DNA from: Myxococcota bacterium
Lineage (GTDB): Bacteria > Myxococcota_A > SURF-8
Direction: 5' to 3'
NCBI GenBank assembly: GCA_965140415.1
Contig: OZ223209.1
Location: 3,552,001 to 3,616,000, forward strand
DNA: 64,000 nt
In this document: positions 10,331 to 20,984 of the stretch, piece after piece
Numbering within the stretch: the stretch's first letter is position 1
Layout: each line of letters begins with the position of its first letter
Translations under genes and position numbers: made by a program
Notes under the pieces: generated by a model
Told to the model about the DNA's origin: nothing
Databases searched by the model: none
What the model saw: only the letters and a program-made list of their open reading frames with translations

Positions 10331-11602
10331 TTAAGCAGCATACGGTTTCTCTCCAACCAATCCTTGCAAACGCTTGGAAACGGAATCTTCCAGGTAGCTT
10401 TTAAAGTGTTCAGGCAAACGGTCCAGGATCTTGTCGAAAAAACCACGGACGATCAGATTTTCCGCCTGCCGTTCATTCAAGCCTCTACTCTTCAGGTAAA
10501 AGAGCTGCTCATCGTCAATCGGACTTACAGTCGCGCCGTGTGTGCAGCGAACATCCTCCGTCAAGATCTCCAACTCCGGGATCGTATCCGCCCGGCTTTG
10601 CCTGGAGAGCAACAGGTTCCGGTTTTCCTGGTAGGCTTCGCTGGCACCGGCGTTGTCATCGATGCGAATCAGACCGGTATAAGCCGACTGCGCCTTGCCG
10701 TTCAGCGCCACTCTGAAATCAAGATTCGACCAGGTATGCTGCGCCTGGTGCAAATGAACGGTGTGCTGATCCAGACTGCGGCTTTCCGCTCCAAGACCCA
10801 AGCCGATCATCTCACTGCGTGCGCCTTCACCCTGCAAAACGGAACCGAGATCCGACTTCGTTCGTCCTCCACCCAATGAAGCCAGCGCTGTGAACACATC
10901 GGAATCGCGTTTCTGGTTAATTCGCAAGGTTCGATGCGCCCGGACGCCATCGTTCCAGTTTTCATGAACGAGGTAACGCAGACGACTATTGGGCCCCACA
11001 AAGGCTTCGCTCACACCAAGCAACAGCGCCCCCTCTTTTCCTCCTGAATACGACTCGATCACGGTGGCTTCCGCATCGGCTTCAAGCAGAATCAGAATTC
11101 GTGGGATTTGTAGCGACAGCCCCAAGTGCGACTCAATCACGATCGGTTCGGTCAACGTCACACCAGCCGGAACGTGCAACACAACGGAGCTGTCAAACGC
11201 CGCGGCATTGATCAGTTCGAAAATACCGTGTTCGGCAGGAACGGCTTTACCAAGAAAATCCAAAACCCCCGGTGTTTTTGCAAATGGCAGCAGCCGTACA
11301 CCGGCGTGGAGTGCATCGGGGCTTAAACGTACCACCGGTGCACTACCAGAGACCAATTGAGCACCGCTATTCGCCTTGGTATTCCAGCCCACTTTGGAAG
11401 ACTCACCAAACACTTTGGAAAGCTCAAAACCGGAAAGGAACACCTCAGGGTCCGTATACTTCCACAAATGCTGTACTCGATCCGGTGGTGGCACATCAGC
11501 AACTAATCGTAGTGCTTGCTGCCTGAAACTCAGTAACTCCTCTGACTCGCCAAGCCGCTTGCTCAGATCCTTGATTTCACGTTCAGAAAGCTTCGGGTAC
11601 AT
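10331..11602 (-). CDS. sufD: Fe-S cluster assembly protein SufD
   Basis: WKYT, AYQENRNLLLS, IPELEILTEDVRCTHGATV, QLFYLKSRG; follows sufB. Confidence 0.92.
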   Translation of the reverse strand: MYPKLSEREIKDLSKRLGESEELLSFRQQALRLVADVPPPDRVQHLWKYTDPEVFLSGFELSKVFGESSKVGWNTKANSGAQLVSGSAPVVRLSPDALHAGVRLLPFAKTPGVLDFLGKAVPAEHGIFELINAAAFDSSVVLHVPAGVTLTEPIVIESHLGLSLQIPRILILLEADAEATVIESYSGGKEGALLLGVSEAFVGPNSRLRYLVHENWNDGVRAHRTLRINQKRDSDVFTALASLGGGRTKSDLGSVLQGEGARSEMIGLGLGAESRSLDQHTVHLHQAQHTWSNLDFRVALNGKAQSAYTGLIRIDDNAGASEAYQENRNLLLSRQSRADTIPELEILTEDVRCTHGATVSPIDDEQLFYLKSRGLNERQAENLIVRGFFDKILDRLPEHFKSYLEDSVSKRLQGLVGEKPYAA

Positions 11603-11623
11603 GTTCTTTCGCCTTTATTTTCG

Positions 11624-13048
11624 CTACCCGACCGAACCTTCCATTTCCAGTTCGATCAGACGGTTCAATTCCACAGCATATTCCATCGGCAGTTCCCGAA
11701 CGAACGGCTCGATGAAACCATTGACGATCATCAGCCGTGCCTGTTCCAGGTCGATGCCACGGCTTTGCAGGTAGAACAACTGGTCATCGGCCAGTTTGGA
11801 CACCCGCGCCTCATGCTCGACACTCACACCATCCTCTTCCGCAATCTCCATTGTCGGATAGGTGTCTGAGCGACTCGCTTCACCGATCAGCAGCGCATCG
11901 CATTCCACATGGGTCTTGCTGTTCACTGCTCCCTTGAGCACCTTGACCAGACCTCGATACGAAGAGCGCCCCTCGCCGTTGGAGATCGATTTCGAAATAA
12001 TCCGAGAAGTTGTATTGGGAGCGACGTGAATCATCTTCGCACCCGCATCCTGGTGCTGCTCACTTCCGGCCCACGCGATGGACAACACTTCACCGTGCGC
12101 CCGTTCTCCCTTCAAAATCACGCAGGGATACTTCATGGTCAGCTTGGAACCGATGTTGCCGTCCACCCATTCGATGACGGCATCTTCGTGCGCCACGGCC
12201 CGCTTGGTTACAAGATTGTAAACATTGGTGGACCAATTCTGAATAGTGGTGTAACGAATGTGCGCACCCTTCATCGCCACCAGCTCGACCACCGCCGAAT
12301 GCAGGGAATCCGTGGAATACACAGGCGCGGTACAGCCTTCGATATAATGAACGCTGGAACCTTCATCGGCGATAATCAACGTCCGCTCGAATTGACCCAT
12401 GTTTTTGGCATTGATGCGAAAATACGCCTGAAGTGGAATGTCCACCTTCACGTTGGGCGGCACGTAAATGAACGACCCGCCGGACCAGACGGAAGAATTC
12501 AGCGCCGCGAATTTATTGTCGGTAGGCGGAATGACACTGGCGAAATATTTACGGACAATCTCAGGATGCTCTCGCAGCCCGGTATCCATATCCGTGAAAA
12601 TCACGCCCTTTTCTTCCAACTCCTCGATTACGCTATGATAAACGACCTCCGATTCGTACTGGGCGGTAACTCCTGCAAGAAACTTCCGTTCCGCTTCAGG
12701 AACCCCTAAGCGCTCAAAGGTATCCTTGATGTCGCTTGGAACATCATCCCAATTTCGCCCCTGATTTTCGGTCGGCTTGATGTAATAGAAAATGTTGTCA
12801 AAATCGATACTTCCAAGCAACTCCTGGTTTCCCCAGCGAGGCATGGGCTTGGCCAGAAAAGAATCCAGCGCCTCATGCCGAAAGCTCCGCATCCATTCCG
12901 GCTCACCCTTATGGCGAGAGATCATTTCCACGACTTCATGATTGATGCCGCGCTCACTCCTTAAGAAATACTCTTCCGGGCTATTGAAACCGTATTTTTC
13001 CAGGTAATTCCGGTTGAGATCGGAAATGCTGTTGTCACGAGCTTCCAT
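11624..13048 (-). CDS. sufB: Fe-S cluster assembly protein SufB
   Basis: [43 protein letters not shown]. Confidence 0.97.
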   Translation of the reverse strand: MEARDNSISDLNRNYLEKYGFNSPEEYFLRSERGINHEVVEMISRHKGEPEWMRSFRHEALDSFLAKPMPRWGNQELLGSIDFDNIFYYIKPTENQGRNWDDVPSDIKDTFERLGVPEAERKFLAGVTAQYESEVVYHSVIEELEEKGVIFTDMDTGLREHPEIVRKYFASVIPPTDNKFAALNSSVWSGGSFIYVPPNVKVDIPLQAYFRINAKNMGQFERTLIIADEGSSVHYIEGCTAPVYSTDSLHSAVVELVAMKGAHIRYTTIQNWSTNVYNLVTKRAVAHEDAVIEWVDGNIGSKLTMKYPCVILKGERAHGEVLSIAWAGSEQHQDAGAKMIHVAPNTTSRIISKSISNGEGRSSYRGLVKVLKGAVNSKTHVECDALLIGEASRSDTYPTMEIAEEDGVSVEHEARVSKLADDQLFYLQSRGIDLEQARLMIVNGFIEPFVRELPMEYAVELNRLIELEMEGSVG

Positions 13049-13050
13049 AA

Positions 13051-13821
13051 CTACCTCCCTGCGGCAACACCTTGCTGATGATTAAGCCAGTCGTAGCCAC
13101 GCTCTTCCAGTTCAAGCGCCAACTCCGGTCCGCCACTACGGGCAATGCGCCCATCTTTGAAGACATGCACCACGTCAGGCTTGATGTAATTGAGCATTCT
13201 CTGATAATGCGTCACCAGAAGCACCGAAGCGCCCTCGGAAACCGCCCGATTCACGCCCGTTGAAACCACCTTCAACGCATCGATATCCAAGCCGGAATCC
13301 GTTTCATCCAGCAGCGCGAAGCTCGGATTCAGCATTCTCATCTGAAGAATCTCCAGCCGCTTCTTCTCGCCACCACTGAATCCGTCATTCAAGTAGCGTG
13401 TAGCGAACTCCTTTGGAATTCCAAGCTCTTCTCGAACGGAATGGAAAGATCTGTAAAAATCTTTCAAGCTGACATCGTGCCCCAACCTTGCTGACACCGC
13501 CGTCCGAAGAAAGCTGTCCACAGTGACGCCCGGAATGGCGACCGGATACTGAAACCCTAAAAACAAGCCAAGCCGGGCACGCTCATCCGCCTGTAACTCC
13601 AGCAGCTCCGACCCCTTGAGTTTGGCCTGGCCGCTGACTTCATAAGACGGATGCCCCATCAGCGCCGCTGCCATGGTTGATTTTCCAGACCCGTTCGGCC
13701 CCATCAACGCATGCACTTCTCCCTTATTTATCGTAAGATCCACGCCCTTCACAATCTCCTTGCCATCCACTGACACGTGAAGATTTCTGCATGAAAATAC
13801 TGTTTCCGCACTCGTTGCCAT
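13051..13821 (-). CDS. sufC: Fe-S cluster assembly ATPase SufC
   Basis: [52 protein letters not shown] before ATG 13821. Confidence 0.96.
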   Translation of the reverse strand: MATSAETVFSCRNLHVSVDGKEIVKGVDLTINKGEVHALMGPNGSGKSTMAAALMGHPSYEVSGQAKLKGSELLELQADERARLGLFLGFQYPVAIPGVTVDSFLRTAVSARLGHDVSLKDFYRSFHSVREELGIPKEFATRYLNDGFSGGEKKRLEILQMRMLNPSFALLDETDSGLDIDALKVVSTGVNRAVSEGASVLLVTHYQRMLNYIKPDVVHVFKDGRIARSGGPELALELEERGYDWLNHQQGVAAGR

Positions 13822-14214
13822 GTTAAGGCTCCTTCGTTGCATTGTCATCGATGCTCTTCTGTCACCATTTTGGTGATCATTTGCTAGACAACTATTTCCA
13901 ACCTCTTATTCCAAGAAGTTATTTAATATTGTTTTGCATTTCAGTAAAACAGCGACATCGATTTTTTCATTGCATTTTCAATAAGATACAATAGTCATCG
14001 ACAACCAGACAAACGTCCATTCTGCATAGATATTTTTAGCGACAGCTTCGCTCTTATCGCCACGAGACGAAAAACAACCCCTAAACCCAACAAATGGCCA
14101 GGAATAAACCACCCGGCTCTTCAATCTAGCCCACACTCGGAACGGCTTTGTTATCCCGCTCTCATTCTTTCTAAAGAGTTCGGGTCAACGGCAATCCTGC
14201 CTAGAAAAAAAAGG

Positions 14215-16116
14215 ATGTACACCATGGAATTATTGCCGGATTTATTAATGAAACCCGAACCCTGGTCGGGTTTGATGCTTGGAAATCACGCGCTGGTGCG
14301 TGCCATGCTGGAAGCCGGGGTGAAAGTCGCCACCACCTACCCCGGCTCCCCTACCCCGGAAATCGCAGAAGCCATCGACTCGATTCCGACGAAAAAGCGT
14401 CCGTTTTACTTTGAGTATTCCACAAACGAGAAAGTAGCGGTGGAAGTTGCATTCGGCGCAGCGATGAACGGTCACCTTTCGACCGTCTTCTTCAAATCCG
14501 TGGGGTTGAACGTCGCCAGCGATTCCGCCGTACAACTTCCGCTGATGGAAATCCCCGGCGGCATGATCGTTGTTCTAGGTGACGATCCCGGCATCAACTC
14601 CTCGCAAAACGAGCAGGACAATCGCCATTTCGCCCGCATGGCCTATTATCCCGTGTTCGAACCGGCTTCACCACAGGATACCTACGATATGTACCTGCAA
14701 GCGGCGGAACTGGCCAAGCGCCATCACATGCCGGTTATCTTTCGCATGACGACTCACGTCTGCCATGCGCGCGAGCTTGTCCAGTTCGGCAAATTGCCTG
14801 AAAGCGACTACGACTGGACACCCCGCTTCGATGTCGCGAACGGCGGTCCCTTCGTGCCGATCACCTCGGCAGTCGTGCCAATGAAGCAACGCGCATTAAA
14901 AAAGTTTTCAGCGGTGGCTGAAGAAGCGGAGACGATTGCCTGTAACGGGATCGAATCGCCCAACGGCTCAGCTACCGTTGGCGGTAAGCGATTAGGCATT
15001 ATCGTTTCTTCCATGCCCATATTGGCGCTACGGGAAAACCTGGAGGAATCCGGCCTGCCGGTCGATGTGTTACGCCTGGGATTAAGCTTCCCGCTACCTC
15101 AAAATACCCTACGAAACTTCCTGAACGACCACGACGAAGTCCTGATCATAGAGGAACTCGATCGGATTCACGAACTGGAAATCAAGAGCTTCGCTTATGA
15201 CATCGGTTCTTCCTGTAAAATCCTCGCCAAAGCGGATACTTATCTGGGAGGAGAACTGGGACCGGAACAGACATGGGAAATTCTGCGCCAGAACTGGCCG
15301 GAGCATTTCAAAGCCCACAGCAAAATCGTTCCCGCAGAAAAAGCCATTCCCCGCACACCGACATTTTGTCCTGGCTGCGGGCACCGTGCCGCGTTCTATG
15401 CCGTTTCGCAAGTATTGGAAAAAGACACCATCACCGTTGCCGATATCGGCTGTCATACCATGGGAGCATTCGAACCTTACAATATCGGCCAGATTTTACT
15501 GAGTATGGGGCACAGCAACGGCACGGCAGCGGGAATGAGCATCGGAAATGACTCTCGAAAAATCATCAGTTTCATCGGCGACAGCACGTTCTTTCATGCC
15601 GGTCTACCAGCGATCGTCAACGCCATCGTTTATGATCATGACTTCACTCTGGTTGTAATGGAAAATGGCACGACCGCCATGACTGGACAGCAACCTCATC
15701 CGGGTTCAGGCGAACTGTCCGAAGCAATCGACATCGAATCGGTATTGAAAACCCTGGGAGCGAAGTTCGTCCGTAAAACAGGCGCATACGGTCATGAGAA
15801 ACTGGTTCAGGCTTTAAAAGAAGCAATGGATCACAAAGGATTTTCGGTTGTCATTGCTTCACACCCCTGCATGTTAAAATTCACTCGCGAATTAAAGAAA
15901 AAGAAAAAAAGCAATCCGCTGATCATGACGGTCGATAAATCCGCCCCAAAGCAGGACCATGAGCAGGCAGTCGTCTTTGATTGCCCTTCTTTCGTTCGTG
16001 GAAAGGATGGCACCATTAGCATTCACAAGGATTTGTGTATCGGTGACGGTTCCTGTCGTCCCGCCGGTCCCAAAGGTCTGTTGAACCTGGTGAAACGTCA
16101 GGAGGTGGCGAAGTGA
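14215..16116 (+). CDS. iorA: Indolepyruvate:ferredoxin oxidoreductase alpha subunit
   Basis: YPGSPTPEI, NEKVAVE, GLNVASD, SSQNEQDNR, FCPGCGHR, DIGCHT, IGDSTFFH (TPP binding), TTAMTGQQ; overlaps the beta-subunit gene. Confidence 0.88.
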   Translation: MYTMELLPDLLMKPEPWSGLMLGNHALVRAMLEAGVKVATTYPGSPTPEIAEAIDSIPTKKRPFYFEYSTNEKVAVEVAFGAAMNGHLSTVFFKSVGLNVASDSAVQLPLMEIPGGMIVVLGDDPGINSSQNEQDNRHFARMAYYPVFEPASPQDTYDMYLQAAELAKRHHMPVIFRMTTHVCHARELVQFGKLPESDYDWTPRFDVANGGPFVPITSAVVPMKQRALKKFSAVAEEAETIACNGIESPNGSATVGGKRLGIIVSSMPILALRENLEESGLPVDVLRLGLSFPLPQNTLRNFLNDHDEVLIIEELDRIHELEIKSFAYDIGSSCKILAKADTYLGGELGPEQTWEILRQNWPEHFKAHSKIVPAEKAIPRTPTFCPGCGHRAAFYAVSQVLEKDTITVADIGCHTMGAFEPYNIGQILLSMGHSNGTAAGMSIGNDSRKIISFIGDSTFFHAGLPAIVNAIVYDHDFTLVVMENGTTAMTGQQPHPGSGELSEAIDIESVLKTLGAKFVRKTGAYGHEKLVQALKEAMDHKGFSVVIASHPCMLKFTRELKKKKKSNPLIMTVDKSAPKQDHEQAVVFDCPSFVRGKDGTISIHKDLCIGDGSCRPAGPKGLLNLVKRQEVAK

Positions 16117-16691
16117 AAACGATGAATATCTATCTGTGCGGCGTTGGCGGCCAGGGAATCGCCCTGCTATCGGAAGTCATGATGCGCGCCTGCCAGTCGG
16201 CGGGTTACGACGTAAAAGGCGTTGAAACCCACGGTCTTGCGCAACGCGGCGGCATCGTGGTTTCCCACCTTCGCATCGGAGAAAAAGTACACCACCCGAT
16301 GATTCCACAAGGGCAAGCGGATCTGGTTATTTCTCTTGAACGCCTGGAAGGGCTGCGGGGCGCTTCCGAATGGCTCAAACCGGGAGGCACCGTAGTATAT
16401 TACGACAGTGTTTATCAACCTACGAAGGTTCGTCAGGGACTGGAAGAATATCCGGAAACCGAGCAATTGCAGAAAGTCATACAACAACGAGAAGGTCAGT
16501 TGCAACGGGTACATGTAAAGGATCTACCCGACGCCCGCATGCAAAATGTGGCCTTGCTTGGCCGAGTGGCAAGTCTTGGACTGGTGGAAAAGCTCACCCC
16601 GGAGATCGTGACCGAAGTTTTAAAAAACGTTGTGCCATCACATGCAATGGAAATGAACCTACAGGTTTTCAAAAACGCAGCCCAAGCTTGA
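16113..16691 (+). CDS. iorB: Indolepyruvate:ferredoxin oxidoreductase beta subunit
   Basis: GVGGQGI and ETHGLAQRGGIVVSHLR motifs; GTGA overlap with iorA. Confidence 0.88.
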   Translation: MKTMNIYLCGVGGQGIALLSEVMMRACQSAGYDVKGVETHGLAQRGGIVVSHLRIGEKVHHPMIPQGQADLVISLERLEGLRGASEWLKPGGTVVYYDSVYQPTKVRQGLEEYPETEQLQKVIQQREGQLQRVHVKDLPDARMQNVALLGRVASLGLVEKLTPEIVTEVLKNVVPSHAMEMNLQVFKNAAQA

Positions 16692-16745
16692 TTCGGAAGT
16701 ATAATCCGTGCTCTTGGATCACAGTTTTGAGTATTATATTTTCAC

Positions 16746-16774
16746 TTGAAACGCGTTCCGGTCTCGCGTAGGAT
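16746..16774 (+). promoter_or_regulatory. Candidate sigma70 promoter for the 16854 lipoprotein gene
   Basis: TTGAAA-17 nt-TAGGAT; GAGGAGG RBS at about 16839-16845. Confidence 0.5.
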
Positions 16775-16853
16775 GAATTGTATATTTGCATCATCACAGA
16801 ACTGCAACAATGCAAGCCGTCCTTTATAACCGCGCCCATGAGGAGGTTCTGTC

Positions 16854-18941
16854 ATGGCCGACCGGTATGCGATCTGGGTAATGATCCTTTTTCTGCTGCT
16901 ATGTGCTTTTTCCTGTAGCGATTCTTCGGAGCAGCAAACTTCTTGCCAGAATGGAGACACACGCTGTGATGGCAGTTGGATCGAGGTTTGCGATCTTGGT
17001 CTATGGAGCAGCAGCATCAACTGCCAGGATACGGCAGAGCAGTGCGTAAACGGCCAGTGTCAGCCTGTCGATGGAGACTCGGAGGAAGAAATCCCTGTAG
17101 ATGGGGATGAAGACCAGCCTGGTTCGGATACGGATCAGCCCTCGGACGGCGACCAATCCGCCGATGGCGACCTGTCCGTAGACGGCGATCTTCCGGTAGA
17201 CGGCGACCTGCCTGTAGATGGCGATTCACCGGCAGATGGCGATGGCGAGCAGAGCGAAGCGGAAAACGATACGCCTTCAGATGGCGATCTCATCCCGGAT
17301 GGAGACGTCACTCCCGATGGCGATCTTCAGCCAGGAGATATCGACTGCCCGGATCGGGGGATCATCGACTACAGTTGCGATATGAGCGATCCCTCCACCT
17401 GCCCGGATGGCTATTGCCTGCTGGGACTGTGCATCGGTCCGCAGATCGATCAGAATCGCTGGTCGGACTGTGGCGATCATCTCTGTGGCCCCTGCGAAAC
17501 AGCGCAGGAATGTCCGGCGGATTGCGGACAAGCGCCGGTAATGACCGGCCAAAAGGAATATGACAACGACACCACCCTGACCGTGTGGGTACACGGCTTC
17601 TACAATAAAAGCGCAGATGAAATCGAACAGGAAGTCTACGGGCGCGAGCGCGGCTGCGGTGGTTTGCTGGAAGACATGAAAGCCTTCGGCGTAACCAATC
17701 CCTGCGGTGACACCCCGGAAGGGCTGAATGCGCCCAACCAGATGATCAAGGTGGAATACTACGGAGGACAACCTGCCGACTGGATGACACCAGCCGATAT
17801 TGCAGAAGTGGAACAGTATTCCTATCAAGGGGAAACAGCGCTATTCCGCTACGCTACGATCCTGGCCAAATTCATTCGCCACAAGTTAAACCAGACCGGC
17901 GCCACCCACGTCAATATCTCCTGTCATTCCATGGGCTGCCTAGTCACTCGCACCATGATCGAAGGCAATTACGAAAACCTGGCGGCGGAAAACCGCTTCG
18001 TGCGCTGGGTAACCAGCGCGGCAGTCATTGCGGGAGCACGTTTGGCGCGCTTGTACGACAACCCGACCGTTCGCGATACTGCCACATTGATCGGCCTGGA
18101 ATTAAGCGATTTCGTCGTGATGAACCCGGACTTCGTAATGGATCACGTCGCCATATGGGATCACCAGTTGCAAACCACCACCAATCCCCTTTTCGGCGGC
18201 ATGATCATTCATCATAAGGGATCGACAGATCCGCGCATTCAGGAAGCGTTGAACATTCAATTGCTCGACTTGGACAATCCCGGCGACGAACCCAACGACG
18301 GCATCATGTACACGCTGGACGAATTCTTCCATTCCATGGGACCACAAGCGGGTTTCGTCACCCCGGCTGGGGCCTTCTTGAATCCCACCCGCTCATACGT
18401 ATACGTCGATCACATGACCCTGCCCGATACCCAGGCATTCGTCGTGACCGCTACGGCAGGTTTGTTCCATCGCCGCAGCGTTTCGATTCGCCTGAAGGAA
18501 TTCGCCCTGGCCAACGACCGTGAAAGCCACTCCCTGTTCGACGGCGAAAACGGAAGCGCCCCGGCGGATATCACGCTTGAAACTCAAGTCCGCTACAACC
18601 CCTATGTACTTGATACGTTTTCAAAAGATATCCTGATTCACCATGATTCCGTGGAATATCGATCATCGGAGTTGTTCCCGCAAGAAGCAGGGACGACCTT
18701 GAATCCGGATTATATTATCTTCGAAGGTCCGGTCTTCGACGACATGACCGATCTGCGGCTTGACGTGAAAATTCTAGAGGCAGACTGGTACAGGCGTTTT
18801 CGCGTATTGGAATGGGCGGCGGATATTCATGAAGAATTGATGAGCTTCCACGGACAGGTGGAATTGAACGATCATGAATTCGTCATTCAAAACGAGTACG
18901 GTCGGGCGACCATTGAAGTCAAGGTTCACACGTTATACTGA
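16854..18941 (+). CDS. Lipoprotein with Cys-rich and DGD-repeat linker and an alpha/beta-hydrolase (lipase-like) domain
   Basis: Lipobox AFSC; DGDxxx repeats; VHGF oxyanion motif, CHSMG nucleophile elbow, NDG and DH as candidate triad residues. Confidence 0.72.
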   Translation: MADRYAIWVMILFLLLCAFSCSDSSEQQTSCQNGDTRCDGSWIEVCDLGLWSSSINCQDTAEQCVNGQCQPVDGDSEEEIPVDGDEDQPGSDTDQPSDGDQSADGDLSVDGDLPVDGDLPVDGDSPADGDGEQSEAENDTPSDGDLIPDGDVTPDGDLQPGDIDCPDRGIIDYSCDMSDPSTCPDGYCLLGLCIGPQIDQNRWSDCGDHLCGPCETAQECPADCGQAPVMTGQKEYDNDTTLTVWVHGFYNKSADEIEQEVYGRERGCGGLLEDMKAFGVTNPCGDTPEGLNAPNQMIKVEYYGGQPADWMTPADIAEVEQYSYQGETALFRYATILAKFIRHKLNQTGATHVNISCHSMGCLVTRTMIEGNYENLAAENRFVRWVTSAAVIAGARLARLYDNPTVRDTATLIGLELSDFVVMNPDFVMDHVAIWDHQLQTTTNPLFGGMIIHHKGSTDPRIQEALNIQLLDLDNPGDEPNDGIMYTLDEFFHSMGPQAGFVTPAGAFLNPTRSYVYVDHMTLPDTQAFVVTATAGLFHRRSVSIRLKEFALANDRESHSLFDGENGSAPADITLETQVRYNPYVLDTFSKDILIHHDSVEYRSSELFPQEAGTTLNPDYIIFEGPVFDDMTDLRLDVKILEADWYRRFRVLEWAADIHEELMSFHGQVELNDHEFVIQNEYGRATIEVKVHTLY
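17145..17234 (+). repeat. Five imperfect 18-nt tandem repeats encoding DGD(Q/L/S)xx
   Basis: GAYGGCGAY-9 nt units encoding DGDQSA DGDLSV DGDLPV DGDLPV DGDSPA. Confidence 0.85.
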
Positions 18942-20744
18942 TCATAAAACAGAGTTTCGCTCCGTAGAATTCCGTATCACATCCTGAAGTTGCACTCGGT
19001 CCACGTGAATGCATTGCGTCGGACAAACGTTCACACATAAACCGCAACGGATGCAAGATTCCGAAAAGATCTTGATATCCTCCCATTTCTTTTTCCAGAA
19101 AGCCAGCCTGGACCAGAAACCACCGCCCTGCGCTTCTTCGTTATTTAAATTCTGATCGAATGGCATATGGCTCATTTCAATGCAATGAGTCGGGCAGAGA
19201 TCCACACAACGCTCGCAGAATACACAATCCTTTACTTCGATTTCAAACAACAGATTGCAAAGATAACAACGCTTCGTTTCTACTTCTACATCCGCTTTTG
19301 CATATCCGGTTTCAACTTCCCTTGCGATATCGCCATAGCGTTGTCGATCATCCATCATCGGCATGGCCACACGCGGGATCTCGTCCCAATCCTGTTCTCG
19401 ATGCGTATTGGATGCAGTCTTTCTTAAAAGTTGGCGTTGCAGGCGTCGTTCGCCCATTAAAAAGGCGTCGACTTCTTCCGCAACGCGCCGCCCGTGTCCC
19501 ACAGCCTGAATGACATTTGCCGGTCCTGTAGCGAGATCACCGGTCGCAAATAACCAGGGTAGCTCTGAGCGGCCATCACGATCGAATGCAGGCAGCTTTT
19601 TAAGCAGGCCCGGCTCCGCCCGCTGACCGATCGCAATCAATACGCTGTCCGCCTGTAGTTCAACCACATTATCATTGGACTGCGCCGTGCGACGCCCATC
19701 CACAGTGACGATATCCGTTTGGCGGCAATGCAGCAACAGACCGGAACTCCCAGCTTCGATTCGCTGCGGTTGCAGGCGTTCGAGAATGTCGACCTTTTCT
19801 AGCCGAGTTTCTTCGATATCATCCTGCCGGACCGGCATATCGACGATTTCCCGTCGCAAGACCATCTGAACCGAAGTTGCCCCCAACCTCCTCGCCATCC
19901 GGGCGCAATCGATTGCCGTAAACCCGCCACCGATTACCAATACGCGCTTCCCGATATCCGTTCGCTCGCCTTGATTGCAGCGCAATAAGAACTTCAGCCC
20001 GTAATGCACGCCGGGTAGTTTCAGACCATCGATATTCAATTCTTTGGAACTCTGGCATCCAAACGCCAGAATAACGGCATCATGGTTTTGCTGCAATTGC
20101 TCAAGTTGCAGATTCTCACCAAACCTATTCCCGAATTGGCGTTCGATACCAGCGTGCAGAATGGAATCGATTTCTGAATCGGCCACAGAAAGTGGCAGGC
20201 GAAACGCAGGAATGGCACGGGTAATCATTCCTCCGGCTTTATCTTGTGCTTCATACACAACGACGTCATGTCCTAGCTTCCACAACCAATGCGCGGCGGC
20301 TATCCCTGCCGGTCCCGCACCGACGATACCCACCGATTTCCCCGTTTCACTTGTAAGGCGTACCGGTTCGACTTTATTTGTATCAGTGAAATCCGCTGCC
20401 GCCCGTTTGAGATGGCAGATCGCTACCGGCTCTCCTAAGCCTTCAAGACCGTGGCGGCAGGCGTTTTCGCAAGGCCGCGTACAAATCCGGCCCAGAATTC
20501 CGGCAAAGAGATTATCCCGAGCGTTGACTCGATGACTCTCATCGAAATCACCATGGTACGCCGCAAGAATGTATGCTGGAATGTCGGTCATGGCAGGACA
20601 AGCCCATTGGCAGGGAACATTCTGTTTTAGAAATTCGAGCGGTAATCCAGCAGGCTTCGTCCGATCCGAGTCTGTCACTACCAAAACAGGTTCGCTTGCC
20701 GCCCTATTCTCTTGCGTCATGCCACCAAGTTTCCTTCCCACCAT
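18942..20744 (-). CDS. GltD/NfnB-like FAD-dependent oxidoreductase with C-terminal 2x[4Fe-4S] ferredoxin domain
   Basis: PCQWACP, GRICTRPCENAC, GAGPAG, IGGGFTAIDCAR, RCYLC, CVFCERCVDLCP, CIRCGLCVNVCP. Confidence 0.85.
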   Translation of the reverse strand: MVGRKLGGMTQENRAASEPVLVVTDSDRTKPAGLPLEFLKQNVPCQWACPAMTDIPAYILAAYHGDFDESHRVNARDNLFAGILGRICTRPCENACRHGLEGLGEPVAICHLKRAAADFTDTNKVEPVRLTSETGKSVGIVGAGPAGIAAAHWLWKLGHDVVVYEAQDKAGGMITRAIPAFRLPLSVADSEIDSILHAGIERQFGNRFGENLQLEQLQQNHDAVILAFGCQSSKELNIDGLKLPGVHYGLKFLLRCNQGERTDIGKRVLVIGGGFTAIDCARMARRLGATSVQMVLRREIVDMPVRQDDIEETRLEKVDILERLQPQRIEAGSSGLLLHCRQTDIVTVDGRRTAQSNDNVVELQADSVLIAIGQRAEPGLLKKLPAFDRDGRSELPWLFATGDLATGPANVIQAVGHGRRVAEEVDAFLMGERRLQRQLLRKTASNTHREQDWDEIPRVAMPMMDDRQRYGDIAREVETGYAKADVEVETKRCYLCNLLFEIEVKDCVFCERCVDLCPTHCIEMSHMPFDQNLNNEEAQGGGFWSRLAFWKKKWEDIKIFSESCIRCGLCVNVCPTQCIHVDRVQLQDVIRNSTERNSVL

Positions 20745-20984
20745 TCTGGTTCATTCGAGATTACTACTGTAATTGGAACACTTTTAACCTCTCAGAAGCA
20801 CAGAGGATTGTCAATGCTAATGCTGGGTGGCAAACATTTTCTCGTCCCTGCAGTTTTCGTTTCGCAGGCAATTGTCGGGCTTGATTTGCAGGCGGAACAA
20901 TGCTAGCTTTTTCTCGTCTCTTACACGATGCTTAACAGAGTTTCGTGAAACGATTTGCCACTCCGTTTAATTGGAGGAAACCTC

